The notes beneath the pieces are model-generated. The model worked only from the letters and a program-made list of their open reading frames with translations, ran no database searches and was not told where the DNA came from. A stretch of 64,000 bases of DNA, from contig NC_091289.1 in NCBI RefSeq assembly GCF_032444005.1, positions 130,138,001-130,202,000 on the forward strand, given 5' to 3'. This stretch comes from Ranitomeya imitator. Its lineage: Eukaryota. Of this stretch, positions 36,759 to 49,635 are shown piece by piece (the first letter of the stretch is position 1; each line of letters opens with the position of its first letter). A program made the translations under genes and the position numbers.

Positions 36759-36935
36759 CAGTGTTCCCCGACTCCGGTCCTCAAGAGCCACCAACAGGTC
36801 ATGTATTTGGGATTTCCTTAGTATTGCCCAGGTGGTAATTGCATTATCTGGAAAGGCACTAGCTGTGCAATACTAAGGAAATCCCAAATATATGACCTGT
36901 TGGTGGCTCTTGAGGACCGTAGTTGGGGAACACTG
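36759..36935. mobile_element. hAT-type MITE
   Basis: CAGTGTTCCCC...GGGGAACACTG termini; 8-bp TSD CGATAGAC/CCATAGAC (1 mismatch); nearly fully palindromic. Confidence 0.85.
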
Positions 36936-37133
36936 CCATAGACTATCAAAGGTACGCGTGCTAACCGGGAAAAACACACATAGCGATTGTACAAGAAAAC
37001 CTGATGTGTGCATGAGCCCTTACCATCATGAATGGTATCAGCTGATGGAAAGTTGATATACAGAATTATAAGCACACGGCCGGCTGCACAAATAATCAGA
37101 ATACACCTGGCTTATGACCACTGCTTCCCTTAC

Positions 37134-37296
37134 CTCAAACACCTCCTCGTCTAGAATGCGGGTCCCGAACACAGCGATGCCAGTGGTGTCCAGAACTGGT
37201 CTGTCGCTTCTTGGAAGGGCCTTAGTGATCTTTTTTTTGCAGTCCACAATCATTGTGACTGTATTCTTTTCAACACTGATTGCAATCCGGTGCCAC
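37134..37296 (-). CDS. col11a1: Collagen XI alpha-1-like, TSPN/LamG exon (exon 4 equivalent)
   Basis: Acceptor ttctttcttatag and donor GAG/gtaagg; 163 nt; encodes (K)[54 protein letters not shown]. Size, phase and sequence match COL11A1/COL5A1 exon 4 as I recall them. Paralog assignment (a1 vs a2) is less certain than the family. Confidence 0.9.
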
Positions 37297-37516
37297 CTAT
37301 AAGAAAGAATAAGGTATTATACCACAGGCCCTACCATGTATGAAATGGGTACGCCAGTAAAATCTGCATCCACAAGATCAGTATGAATTAATGATATAGA
37401 GTCTATTTGTATTCTACTTTCAGATTCCGCAGGGAAACACAGAATTTCCCCTATTCATGTATTGTTACTGTCTACTGGCCATAGTACTAGTGCTATGACA
37501 CTGCATTACATAACTA

Positions 37517-39165
37517 CAGTTAGGGCCAGAAATATTTGGACAGTGACACAAGTTTTGTTATTTTAGCTGTTTACAAAAACATGTTCAGAAATACAATTAT
37601 ATATATAATATGGGCTGAAAGTGCACACTCCCAGCTGCAATATGATAGTTTCCACATCCAAATCGGAGAAAGGGTTTAGGAATCATAGCTCTGTAATGCA
37701 TAGCGTCATCTTTTTCAAGGGACCAAAAGTAATTGGACAATGGACTCTAAGGGCTGCAATTAACTCTGAAGGTGTCTCCCTCGTTAACCTGTAATCAATG
37801 AAGTAGTTAAAAGGTCAGGGGTGGATTCCAGGTGTGTGGTTTTGCATTTGCATTTGGAAGCTGTTGCTGTGAGCAGACAACATGCGGTCAAAGGAACTCT
37901 CAATTGAGGTTAAGCAGAACATCCTGAGGCTGAAAAAATCCATCAGAGAGATAGCAGACATGCTTGGAGTAGCAAAATCAACAGTTGGGTACATTCTGAG
38001 AAAAAAGGAATTGACTGGTGAGCTTGGGAACTCAAAAAGGCCTGGGCGTCCACGGATGACAACAGTGGTGGATGATCGCCGCATACTTAATTTGGTGAAG
38101 AAGAACCCGTTCACAACATCAACTGAAGTCCAGAACACTCTCAGTGAAGTAGGTGTATCTGTCTCTAAGTCAACAGTAAAGAGAAGACTCCATGACAGTA
38201 AATACAAAGGGTTCACATCTAGATGCAAACCATTCATCAATACCAAAAATAGACAGGCCAGAGTTAAATTTGCAGAAAAACACCTCAAGAAGCCAGCTCA
38301 GTTCTGGAAAAGTATTCTATGGACAGATGAGACAAAGATCAACCTGTACCAGAATGATGGGAAGAAAAAAGTTTGGAGAAGAAAGGGAACGGCACATGAT
38401 CCAAGGCACACCACATCCTCTGTAAAACATGGTGGAGGCAACGTGATGGCATGGGCATGCATGGCTTTCAATGGCACTGGGTCACTTGTGTTTATTGATG
38501 ACATAAGAGCAGACAAGAGTAGCCGGATGAATTCTGAAGTGTACCGGGATATACTTTCAGCCCAGATTCAGCCAAATGCTGCAAAGTTGATTGGACGGCG
38601 CTTCATAGTACAGATGGACAATGACCCCAAGCATACAGCCAAAGCTACCCAGGAGTTCATGAGTGCCAAAAAGTGGAACATTCTGCAATGGCCAAGTCAA
38701 TCTCCAGATCTAAACCCAATTGAGCATGCATTTCACTTGCTCAAATCCAGACTTAAGACGGAAAGACCCACAAACAAGCAAGACCTGAAGGCTGCGGCTG
38801 TAAAGGCCTGGCAAAGCATTAAGAAGGAGGAAACCCAGCGTTTGGTGATGTCCATGGGTTCCAGACTTAAGGCAGTGATTGCCTCCAAAGGATTTGCAAC
38901 AAAATATTGAAAATAAAAATATTTTGTTTGGGTTATGTTTATTTGTCCAATTACTTTTGACCTCCTAAAATGTGGAGTGTTTGTAAAGAAATGTGTACAA
39001 TTCCTACATTTTCTATCAGATATTTTTGTTCAACCCTTCAAATTAAACGTTACAATCTGCACTTGAATTCTGTTGTAGAGTTTTCATTTCAAATCCAATG
39101 TGGTGGCATGCAGAGCCCAACTCGCGAAAATTGTGTCACTGTCCAAATATTTCTGGCCCTAACTG
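37517..39165 (+). mobile_element. Tc1-family transposon, full length, apparently intact
   Basis: TA TSD on both sides; 35-bp perfect TIR CAGTTAGGGCCAGAAATATTTGGACAGTGACACAA; 1649 bp. Confidence 0.95.
37882..38910 (+). CDS. Tc1 DD34E transposase, 342 aa
   Basis: Paired-like HTH, GRPR linker, WTDETK, QMDNDPKH, then 34 residues to DLNPIE; uninterrupted. Confidence 0.95.
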   Translation: MRSKELSIEVKQNILRLKKSIREIADMLGVAKSTVGYILRKKELTGELGNSKRPGRPRMTTVVDDRRILNLVKKNPFTTSTEVQNTLSEVGVSVSKSTVKRRLHDSKYKGFTSRCKPFINTKNRQARVKFAEKHLKKPAQFWKSILWTDETKINLYQNDGKKKVWRRKGTAHDPRHTTSSVKHGGGNVMAWACMAFNGTGSLVFIDDIRADKSSRMNSEVYRDILSAQIQPNAAKLIGRRFIVQMDNDPKHTAKATQEFMSAKKWNILQWPSQSPDLNPIEHAFHLLKSRLKTERPTNKQDLKAAAVKAWQSIKKEETQRLVMSMGSRLKAVIASKGFATKY

Positions 39166-41467
39166 TATAAATAAAAAAAAAAAAAATCCCCATCACATTG
39201 AACATGCTGCTCTCCGAAGGCATTGTGTTGTAAAACATTATGTTCATGGCAGATTAATATTTAAAGTTTATTGCAAATCCTTAAAACATCTTCGGCAGAG
39301 ATTGACATCGGCATTTAACTAGTTAACAGCCACGGGTGGATCGTGATTCCACCAGCGGCTGTCAGAGGCACATGTCAGCTGTTCAAAACAACTGACATGT
39401 GCCGAAAAAGTTGTGGACTCAGCGCCAGAGCTTACATCAGAGGGAGGGAGTCTGACACTGACGTACTATTACGCCCAACGTCAGAAAGGGGCTAAAGGGA
39501 ATCTGTCAGTAGGATCAACCCTCCTAAGTCGTCTGTATGAGCATGTAGGTAACAGGAATTGCAAAAAATAAAGACAAAATTAAAACAGTTCTTCAGTACC
39601 TTTAATTGGCATAAGGAACTTGTTTTGTGTAGAGAGTTAATCACTATAGGGCATACAAAATGTCCACTTTTTTGTGCAGACGGAATGTCCTAGAGTGTTA
39701 GGACAGGTCTGGGGCTTGTGAGCATGTGCAGTAGGATGCACAGCTGCTGTGTCCCAAGGATTGCTTGACAGTACAGAGAATAGGTTATCTCTAACAAACA
39801 AGTAAAAAACTCATCAGCACTGCAGACTGGCTCCAAAAGGTATATGGGTATAATCATCAATCCATTGTAAGTATACGAGGGGTCAAGCCCCAAAAAACAT
39901 ATGCAAAAAGAAAAAGAAACCACAGCACTCAAGTGGATGTATAGTAGAAATAAAGGATGATTTGACCCTATACATGGTAAGTCTTCATCAAGCTGACAGA
40001 GACTCATACAGAGTTGAAACATTGCTGATTGTAAGTCATTGGAATAATAAAGTTTTTTTTTTTTTTTGATAGATACCCCCTGAAGTGCTATGTTTTATTT
40101 GTTTGTTTTTTTGCGGTAGGTTATCTGAAGGTCACAGCAGCGAAACATCCTACTGCACATGCTCATATCTAATTGACCTTTCCTAACACCAAAGGACACA
40201 TTTTTGTCAATGTAACAAGACAGTGGTGATATTAATATAAAAAAGTGATGTCTGTCTACAGGTTTTAATCGTTGAAAATTAAAAGGAATTTTTTAAGGAG
40301 CTGGAACATTCATCTTTTTCTTTTCCCATTAAAAAGTGATTACCTTCCTAGCCAAAATTGGATAATTATTGTTATATCGGGATTTATTTATAATACCATT
40401 TGAAAAAAAAAAATTCTGTCCCCGGAAAACCTAATTAAAATCCAATAATAAATTTGTGGGGTAGCAGGCCGTGTGAATTCCTTCTCAGTGTCACGTCAAC
40501 CTGCCAAAAGAAAACGTTTATAGCTATTTGTACTCTGCCAGGAAAACAGCAGATGCCGGCTGCGGAAAACAGCCGGTCTGTTACTGAGCTGAAAGGAAAG
40601 CTTGTGTGGTACCAGACAACCCGTAAACTCCGCAGGTTACAATATTGGACCTTCAGTGCAGAACTGCTGGAGAAGGAATTCCCTCATAGAGAAGCATAGA
40701 TCCACTGCTAAACTGTTTAATTAGCACTTTCCCAGTTTGGTGGTGGAACATAAACTGCAGTATTTAGCCGGCAAGGTCATCCAATACTTTACATTTAAAT
40801 TTCCCACCAGGGTCCTGCAAATATTTAATCAGCCACACGCTGTTTTACGACAGCGTGCAGTCTAGGATGTGTTACTGCGAAAGGCAGCAATGCTGATAAG
40901 AATCCAATATCACACAATGGCATACATCTATACAATATCCAGTTCAATCAAATATTTGTGATACTTTTACTAAATCTTAAAGGCAATCTGTCTCCCGGTT
41001 TTAGCTACCTAATCTGAGGTCAATGTGATGTAGGGCCAGAGACCCTGATTCTAGTCATGTATTAATTAATGGTCTGCGTAGTTTAGATTCTATAAAATCT
41101 CAGCTTTACCAGAAGGACAGTATGATTAGAGGAATGGCAAACCTGCTGTTATGTAGCCTAACCCCATCACTGATTGGCAGCTTTCTGCCTATGCACAGTA
41201 AGCTACCAATCAGTTGTGTGGGTGGGGTTATATAGAGCTCAGCATTCAAAGAACTGCTAGCTCTACAGCAGATAAAACAGTTTTTAGTTAAAACTGCAAC
41301 ACCCAATTGCTGGAATCAGTGTCTCTACCCCTACATCATGCTGTTCTCAGATGGGGTAGAGAAAAACCTTGTGACACATTCCCAGTAATAATCTATCCAT
41401 ATTACTGTAGTTCAGCAGGACATTATAACCATTCCCCAATGTTACGGGTTTTTCAAGTAATACTCAC

Positions 41468-41681
41468 TTTCCATCTGCAACATTAACAGTGCTAAAAATG
41501 GGGTAGTCCTCTGGTGCGGGTTTTCCATGCTGATCTTCATAAAGGAAGACAGGGGACCTGCCGACCTCCACTCCTAATTGCTGCACACCTTTTTGACTGT
41601 ATATAGATAGGATGAATGTCTGCAGGCCCTTCTTGGGCTTTACTGTCAGCAGGATTGAGAAATCCTTTGGGAATACTCCCC
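41468..41681 (-). CDS. col11a1: Collagen XI alpha-1-like, TSPN/LamG exon (exon 3 equivalent)
   Basis: Acceptor ctctttttttag and donor AA/gtgagt; 214 nt; encodes [71 protein letters not shown](K). Splices in frame to 37296. Confidence 0.92.
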
Positions 41682-42254
41682 CTAAAAAAAAGAGTCACAC
41701 GATTAGTAAAGCTCATATACATAGTTGGGACCTGTGTTATTGTATGAGATATGGCAACCTTCTTTTAGATCTGCATTATCAGATAAATACATTTCACCTA
41801 GATTAAATGTAATTGACTAGCAGTCCTGTCTTCTGCTATGGTTCACCTTGGTTGTATGCCGGGTTCATAGACATATGTTGCTTTTGACTCAATGGGTCAA
41901 CACTGATGGCAAAAGTGATGCTTAATGCAAACAATGGGGTCAGTTCCTCCATTAGTTTCAATCTGGAATTTTACTTAAATGCATATTGAATACTAAAACA
42001 CATACCACTGGATGTAAGTGCAATGGGCCAAGGCAAAGGAGAGGGAACGATAAGGTAAAGGGGCCCACTTCTACCTGCAAAGCAGCAAACCACGTCTGTC
42101 ACTGACACATACATGGAGGCATTACGATCAGCTATTGGACTGCAAAGGACCCATATACTATTCTTGCACATGACCTCTCTTCTATCTATGTCTGCCACTG
42201 GTGCAGAGGCTATAGATGCATGAACAGGCTCAATGGACCAGATAGTAGGGCTAC

Positions 42255-45200
42255 TATGCTATAAATGAACTATGGTAGTATATGCTATAAATGAACTATG
42301 GTAGTATATGCTATAAATGAACTATGCTAGTATATGCTATAAATGATCTATGGTAGTATATGCTATAAATGAACTATGGTAGTATATGCTATAAATGAAC
42401 TATGCTAGTATATGCTATAAATGAACTATGGTAGTATATGCTATAAATGAACTATGGTAGTATATGCTATAAATGATCTATGGTAGTATATGCTATAAAT
42501 GAACTATGGTAGTATATGCTATAAATGATCTATGGTAGTATATGCTATAAATGAACTATGGTAGTATATGCTATAAATGAACTATGGTAGTATATGCTAT
42601 AAATGAACTATGGTAGTATATGTTATAAATGATCTATGGTAGTATATGCTATAAATGAACTATGGTAGTATATGCTATAAATGAACTATGGTAGTATATG
42701 CTATAAATGAACTAAGGTAGTATATGCTATAAATGATCTATGGTAGTATATGCTATAAATGAACTATGGTAGTATATGCTATAAATGAACTATGGTAGTA
42801 TATGCTATAAATGAACTATGGTAGTATATGCTATAAATGATCTATGGTAGTATATGCTATAAATGAACTATGGTAGTATATGCTATAAATGAACTATGGT
42901 AGTATATGCTATAAATGATCTATGGTAGTATATGCTATAAATGAACTATGGTAGTATATGCTATAAATGAACTATGGTAGTATATGCTATAAATGATCTA
43001 TGGTAGTATATGCTATAAATGAACTATGGTAGTATATGCTATAAATGAACTATGGTAGTATATGCTATAAATGATCTATGGTAGTATATGCTATAAATGA
43101 ACTATGGTAGTATATGCTATAAATGAACTATGGTAGTATATGCTATAAATGATCTATGGTAGTATATGCTATAAATGATCTATGGTAGTATATGCTATAA
43201 ATGAACTATGGTAGTATATGCTATAAATGATCTATGGTAGTATATGCTATAAATGAACTATGGTAGTATATGCTATAAATGAACTATGGTAGTATATGCT
43301 ATAAATGAACTATGGTAGTATATGCTATAAATGATCTATGGTAGTATATGCTATAAATGAACTATGGTAGTATATGCTATAAATGAACTATGGTAGTATA
43401 TGCTATAAATGATCTATGGTAGTATATGCTATAAATGATCTATGGTAGTATATGCTATAAATGATCTATGGTAGTATATGCTATAAATGAACTATGGTAG
43501 TATATGCTATAAATGATCAATGGTAGTATATGCTATAAATGATCTATGGTAGTATATGCTATAAATGAACTATGGTAGTATATGCTATAAATGAACTATG
43601 GTAGTATATGCTATAAATGAACTATGGTAGTATATGCTATAAATGATCTATGGTAGTATATGCTATATATGATCTATGGTAGTATATGCTATAAATGAAC
43701 TATGGTAGTATATGCTATAAATGAACTATGGTAGTATATGCTATAAATGATCTATGGTAGTATATGCTATAAATGAACTATGGTAGTATATGCTATAAAT
43801 GATCTATGGTAGTATATGCTATAAATGAACTATGGTAGTATATGCTATAAATGATCTATGGTAGTATATGCTATAAATGATCTATGGTAGTATATGCTAT
43901 AAATGAACTATGGTAGTATATGCTATAAATGAACTATGGTAGTATATGCTATAAATGAACTATGGTAGTATATGCTATAAATGATCTATGGTAGTATATG
44001 CTATAAATGATCTATGGTAGTATATGCTATAAATGAACTATGGTAGTATATGCTACAAATGAACTATGGTAGTATATGCTATAAATGAACTATGGTAGTA
44101 TATGCTATAAATGATCTATGGTAGTATATGCTATAAATGATCTATGGTAGTATATGCTATAAATGAACTATGGTAGTATATGCTATAAATGAACTATGGT
44201 AGTATATGCTATAAATGAACTATGGTAGTATATGCTATAAATGAACTATGGTAGCATATGCTATAAATGAACTATGGTAGTATATGCTATAAATGAACTA
44301 TGGTAGAATATGCTATAAATGAACTATGGTAGTATATGCTATAAATGATCTATGGTAGTATATGCTATAAATGAACTATGGTAGTATATGCTATAAATGA
44401 ACTATGGTAGTATATGCTATAAATGAACTATGGTAGTATATGCTATAAATGAACTATGGTAGTATATGCTATAAATGAACTATGGTAGTATATGCTATAA
44501 ATGAACTATGGTAGCATATGCTATAAATGAACTATGGTAGTATATGCTATAAATGAACTATGGTAGCATATGCTATAAATGAACTATGGTAGTATATGCT
44601 ATAAATGATCTATGGTAGTATATGCTATAAATGATCTATGGTAGTATATGCTATAAATGATCTATGGTAGTATATGCTATAAATGAACTATGGTAGTATA
44701 TGCTATAAATGAACTATGGTAGTATATGCTATAAATGATCTATGGTAGTATATGCTATAAATGATCTATGGTAGTATATGCTATAAATGAACTATGGTAG
44801 TATATGCTATAAATAATCTATGGTAGTATATGCTATAAATGATCTATGGTAGTATATGCTATAAATGAACTATGGTAGTATATGCTATAAATGATCTATG
44901 GTAGTATATGCTATAAATGATCTATGGTAGTATATGCTATAAATGATCTATGGTAGTATATGCTATAAATGAACTATGGTAGTATATGCTATAAATGATC
45001 TATGGTAGTATATGCTATAAATGAACTATGGAAGTATATGCTATAAAAGAACTATGGTAGTATATGCTATAAATGATCTATGGTAGTATATGCTATAAAT
45101 GATCTATGGTAGTATATGCTATAAATGAACTATGGTAGTATATGCTATAAATGAACTATGGTAGTATATGCTATAAATGAACTATGGTAGTATATGCTAT

Positions 45201-46309
45201 AAATGATCTATGGTAGTATATGCTATAAATGATCTATGGTAGTATATGCTATAAATGAACTATGGTAGTATATGCTATAAATGATCTATGGTAGTATATG
45301 CTATAAATGAACTATGGTAGTATATGCTATAAATGAACTATGGTAGTATGTGCTATAAATGAACTATGGTAGTATATGCTATAAATGAACTATGGTAGTA
45401 TGTGCTATAAATGAACTATGGTAGTATATGCTATAAATGAACTATGGTAGTATATGCTATAAATGATCTATGGTAGTATATGCTATAAATGAACTATGGT
45501 AGTATATGCTATAAATGAACTATGGTAGTATATGCTATAAATGAACTATGGTAGTATATGCTATAAATGATCTATGGTAGTATATGCTATAAATGATCTA
45601 AGGTAGTATATGCTATAAATGATCTATGGTAGTATATGCTATAAATGAACTATGGTAGTATATGCTATAAATGAACTATGGTAGTATATGCTATAAATGA
45701 ACTATGGTAGTATACGCTATAAATGATCTATGGTAGTATATGCTATAAATGATCTAAGGTAGTATATGCTATAAATGATCTATGGTAGTATATGCCATAA
45801 ATGAACTATGGTAGTATATGCTATAAATGATCTATGGTAGTATATGCTATAAATGAACTATGGTAGTATATGCTATAAATGAACTATGGTAGTATATGCT
45901 ATAAATGATCTATGGTAGTATATGCTATAAATGAACTATGGTAGTATATGCTATAAATAAACTATGGTAGTATATGCTATAAATGAACTATGGTAGTATA
46001 TGCTATAAATGAACTATGGTAGTATATGCTATAAATGAACTATGGTAGTATATGCTATAAATGAACTATGGTAGTATATGCTATAAATGAACTAAGGTAG
46101 TATATGCTATAAATGAACTATGGTAGTATATGCTATAAATGAACTATGGTAGTATATGCTATAAATGAACTATGGTAGTATATGCTATAAATAAACTATG
46201 GTAGTATATGCTATAAATGAACTATGGTAGTATATGCTATAAATGATCTATGGTAGTATATGCTATAAATGAACTATGGTAGTATATGCTATAAATGAAC
46301 TATGGTAGT
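42255..46309. repeat. 26-bp satellite, about 155 copies
   Basis: Unit ATGA(A/T)CTATGGTAGTATATGCTATAA with step 26 (42265, 42291, ...). Confidence 0.98.
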
Positions 46310-46660
46310 TTATTTTTTTTTTCAAATTTAATGATGTTATTTAAATATTCACATATAAACAGTAAACAAAAGAACACAAAAAAGGTAATTCAATAAAACA
46401 ATGATCATCCTTTTTTCATTTTCCCCTCCCTTTATATCCACTCTAACCCCCACCTTCAAAGAGGAGAGAAGAGGAAAATATAGAAAAACTCAGTCACCAT
46501 TTCTTCCCCATTATTTCAAGACTCTTTGGTTAGATTAATATTAATGAGCGACGGTAGTTGACAGACCAAGTAAATAAACTGCAATTTTCATGTTTTATCT
46601 CTAATCTTTACAAGATGCTTTTGTAGTTATGGCTATAGATTGCAAGGAACTAAACCGACA
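46310..46660 (-). mobile_element. Possible LINE 3' end with poly(A) tail
   Basis: Plus-strand poly-T at the satellite edge; ATTAAA just before the minus-strand poly(A). No convincing ORF. Confidence 0.3.
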
Positions 46661-46811
46661 TGACAAGATTTTCAAGTAACTGCCTCATATACAGTATATG
46701 TATTTGAATATTGCAAAATAAAAGAACCTCAATAATATGGATGCTGCAGATCAACTTCCAGGGGATAAGTAGAGGTCAGCAATGGCTGGCAAAACTAAAA
46801 TGTATATAAAG

Positions 46812-47065
46812 AGCAGCACGGTGGCTCAGTGGTTAGCATTGCAGCGCCGGGGGTCCTGGGTTCACAATCCCACCAAAGAAAATGTCTGCAAGGAATTTGT
46901 ATGTTCTCTCCATGTTTGCGTGGGTTTCCTCCAGGTTCTCCGGTTTCTGCCCACACTCAAAAGACATACTGATAGGGGCTAGATTGTGAGCCCCATCGGG
47001 GACAGCGATAATGTGAGCAAAGCGCTGCGGAATATGATGGTGCTATATAAGAAAGCATAATAAAT
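46812..47065 (+). mobile_element. tRNA-derived V-SINE-like element
   Basis: A box TGGCTCAGTGG, degenerate B box GGTTCACAATCC, V-core-like TTTGTATGTTCTCTCCATGTTTGCGTGGGTTTCCTCCAGGTTCTCCGGTTTC, L2-type tail AAAGCGCTGCGGAATATG...GCTATATAA. Confidence 0.8.
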
Positions 47066-48024
47066 GCAGTATAAAGACTCTATTGAGGTTCGTAGTCTAC
47101 ACATTTGTATAGGAGGGAGTCATATCAATAAGTCCACTTCATCTAAGAAGATAGTTTGCATATTATATAACCTTACAAACATCACTCATTGCCCCCAAAC
47201 CAGAGAATAAAACATTTCCTTACTCTACTTTATATAACGTGTGGAGCAAACTGAGTCTTAGTAAATGCAGCTTTGCTCCTGGATCCGCTTCCTCCACAAT
47301 GTAATTAGAAGATGAGAGGGTCTCGCCCTTTCTTTACGTTACTACCAAAGCCTCTCAGCCTTTAGCTAATGTGACTGGAGTCTCCTACATATCTTCCACT
47401 GTCTGATTGCGATTTATGTCCATCATCCTTGAACGGACATTTCTTTGGTTCTTAGAGATGATCCTGTCCGAACAAGTTGTAAAATTCTTCTAATAGTTTT
47501 AGTAAACAGGAGAATCACTTAATATCTGTAATAGAAATGGAACTGAAGCGATGATGGAACTAATATGCATCAGTGATATTCACTGCTCGTCAGACACCTT
47601 AAAGATATATAGATGAAGAGGAGACAATTAGCGAACGTGCTGGGATAAGGCGTTATCTGAGCATGCTCGGGTGCTAACAGAGCATTTTTCTTGCTCGAAA
47701 AATAAGTTCAAGTCCCCACAGCTGCATGTCTCGAGGCCGCCACACATGAAGGGATCGCCTATTTATTAGACAATCCCTGCATGTGTTGGAGCTGTCAAAG
47801 AGCCACGAGACTCGCACATGTTATTCGAGCATGTTGAAGACACTCGGTTAGCGCCAGAGCATGCCCGAGAACTTTACTCTGCTGTTTCTCAGTTGTATCT
47901 ATTTGTGGGAAATCTGCATAACAAATTTCATATTCTTCTGGAATCTTTTCTGAATAAGGAATAACTTGACAAATTTGCCATTGAAGCCCGTAAGAAAGCT
48001 GAAATGACTAGAGGTCCTGTAGCC

Positions 48025-48427
48025 TAAGGCCTCTTTCACACTTCCGTCGGTACGGGTTTGTCGCAATGCGTCGGGCCGACGTACCGATGGACGTTGTGAA
48101 ATTTGTGCACTACGTGGGCAGTGGATGCAGTTTTTCGACGCATCCGCTGCCCATTCTGCAGTCCGGGGAGGAGGGGGCGGAGTTTTGGCCGCGCATGCGC
48201 GGTCAAAATTGGCGCAGGCGCGGACAAAAAAGTTACATTGAACTTTTTTTGTGACGACGGTCCGCCAAATCATGAGAGATCCAGTGCACGACAGACGCGA
48301 CGTGTGGCGATCCGTCTCTAATACAAGTTTATGGGCAAAAAACGCATCCTGCGAGCACATTTGCAGGATCCATTTTTTTTGCCCTAAACGACGGATTGCA
48401 AGAAACGCAAGTGTGAAAGTAGCCTTA
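48025..48427. mobile_element. Palindromic MITE
   Basis: TAAGGCCTCTTTCACACTT...AAGTGTGAAAGTAGCCTTA termini. Confidence 0.7.
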
Positions 48428-49441
48428 GCCACATTAGTGGCCACTTCTACGTTTAAGAATCATATTTAGGTGAACAGAAAACCATTTTCTTAACTGGATG
48501 ACACAAGCTGACATCTCAAAAGAAAAAAACTGTACTAACAAGTGAAATTCTAAACATTTTACTTAATGAGTACCGTAATTAAATCACAAAATCTAATAAA
48601 AGGAACCTGACTGGTGGTTCATGCTGCCCAAACCACGGACAGTGTGACTCCAGCACAGGATTATTATTATTAGGATCCCTAATTGCAGGTATGTTTTACC
48701 CGGAAAGCTCTGAGAAAACATAGATTTATGGTTCATCAGAAAAAGACTTATTGCCTAAATCAGTTTTTATGGTAAATGTATCTAAAGAAAAATTATATAT
48801 ATATTTTTGCAATAACATCCATTGAAAAAAATATTCAGAAAACTTGTAGTTTTCCCATTAGTCACTAGGGTTGACATTAGGCTCATATTCACTGTTCTGC
48901 ACAGCATCGCTATGGACATACGCAGCAATAAACCCGCGCTGACTCATTAACTTACATAAAGTAATTTCTAGGCATGCTCTGATCTATACATAGGTGAAGT
49001 GAGTGTGAGCTCTGACTATCCTCTATTATGAATGATGCATATAAAGATGTGATCTTCCATTATAATGTTGTCTGTAATGATAATGTGACTGCTGAAAAGT
49101 CTTTTGTACTGAACAGGAAATCTAATATTAGAGTTGTATATATACTACTAGGGACAGTTTTTCAATAGTATTAATTTGAAAAATACATTAGCATGAAAAC
49201 CTGATTAAAATAAGTCATTTTCTGTCCACACTCTCTTGACCCATTGACTTCTCCATGCTGGGCCCAGCTAGACTGAGAGCTACCTCTCTTTTTATGTAGG
49301 GAGAGACCTGTCAATCAAGCAAAGCTTGGCTGGGAAAAGCCACCGGGGACCGCCCAGATGACTATTTTCCTTCTTCCAGGATCAGACTCTCTTTGCCTAC
49401 ATTACACAGCTCTCAGATGAGGCAGCAAAAAGCCGCCCTTT

Positions 49442-49635
49442 GGGCTCATACTCGCATGCGAGGAACTCGGACGAGTCTTGCCCATCAGTACCCAACACTG
49501 CCGCCGCCACTCGGATCGGAGCGCTCAGATGCGTGTATTTCTAGGCAGCTGAGCGCTCCGATCCGAGTGCCGGCGGCAGTGTTGGGTACTGACGGGCAAG
49601 ACTCGTCCGAGTTCCTCGCATGTGAGTATGAGCCC
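49442..49635. mobile_element. Near-perfect palindromic MITE
   Basis: GGGCTCATACTCGCATGCGAGGAACTCGGACGAG... mirrored over about 90 bp per arm. Confidence 0.85.
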
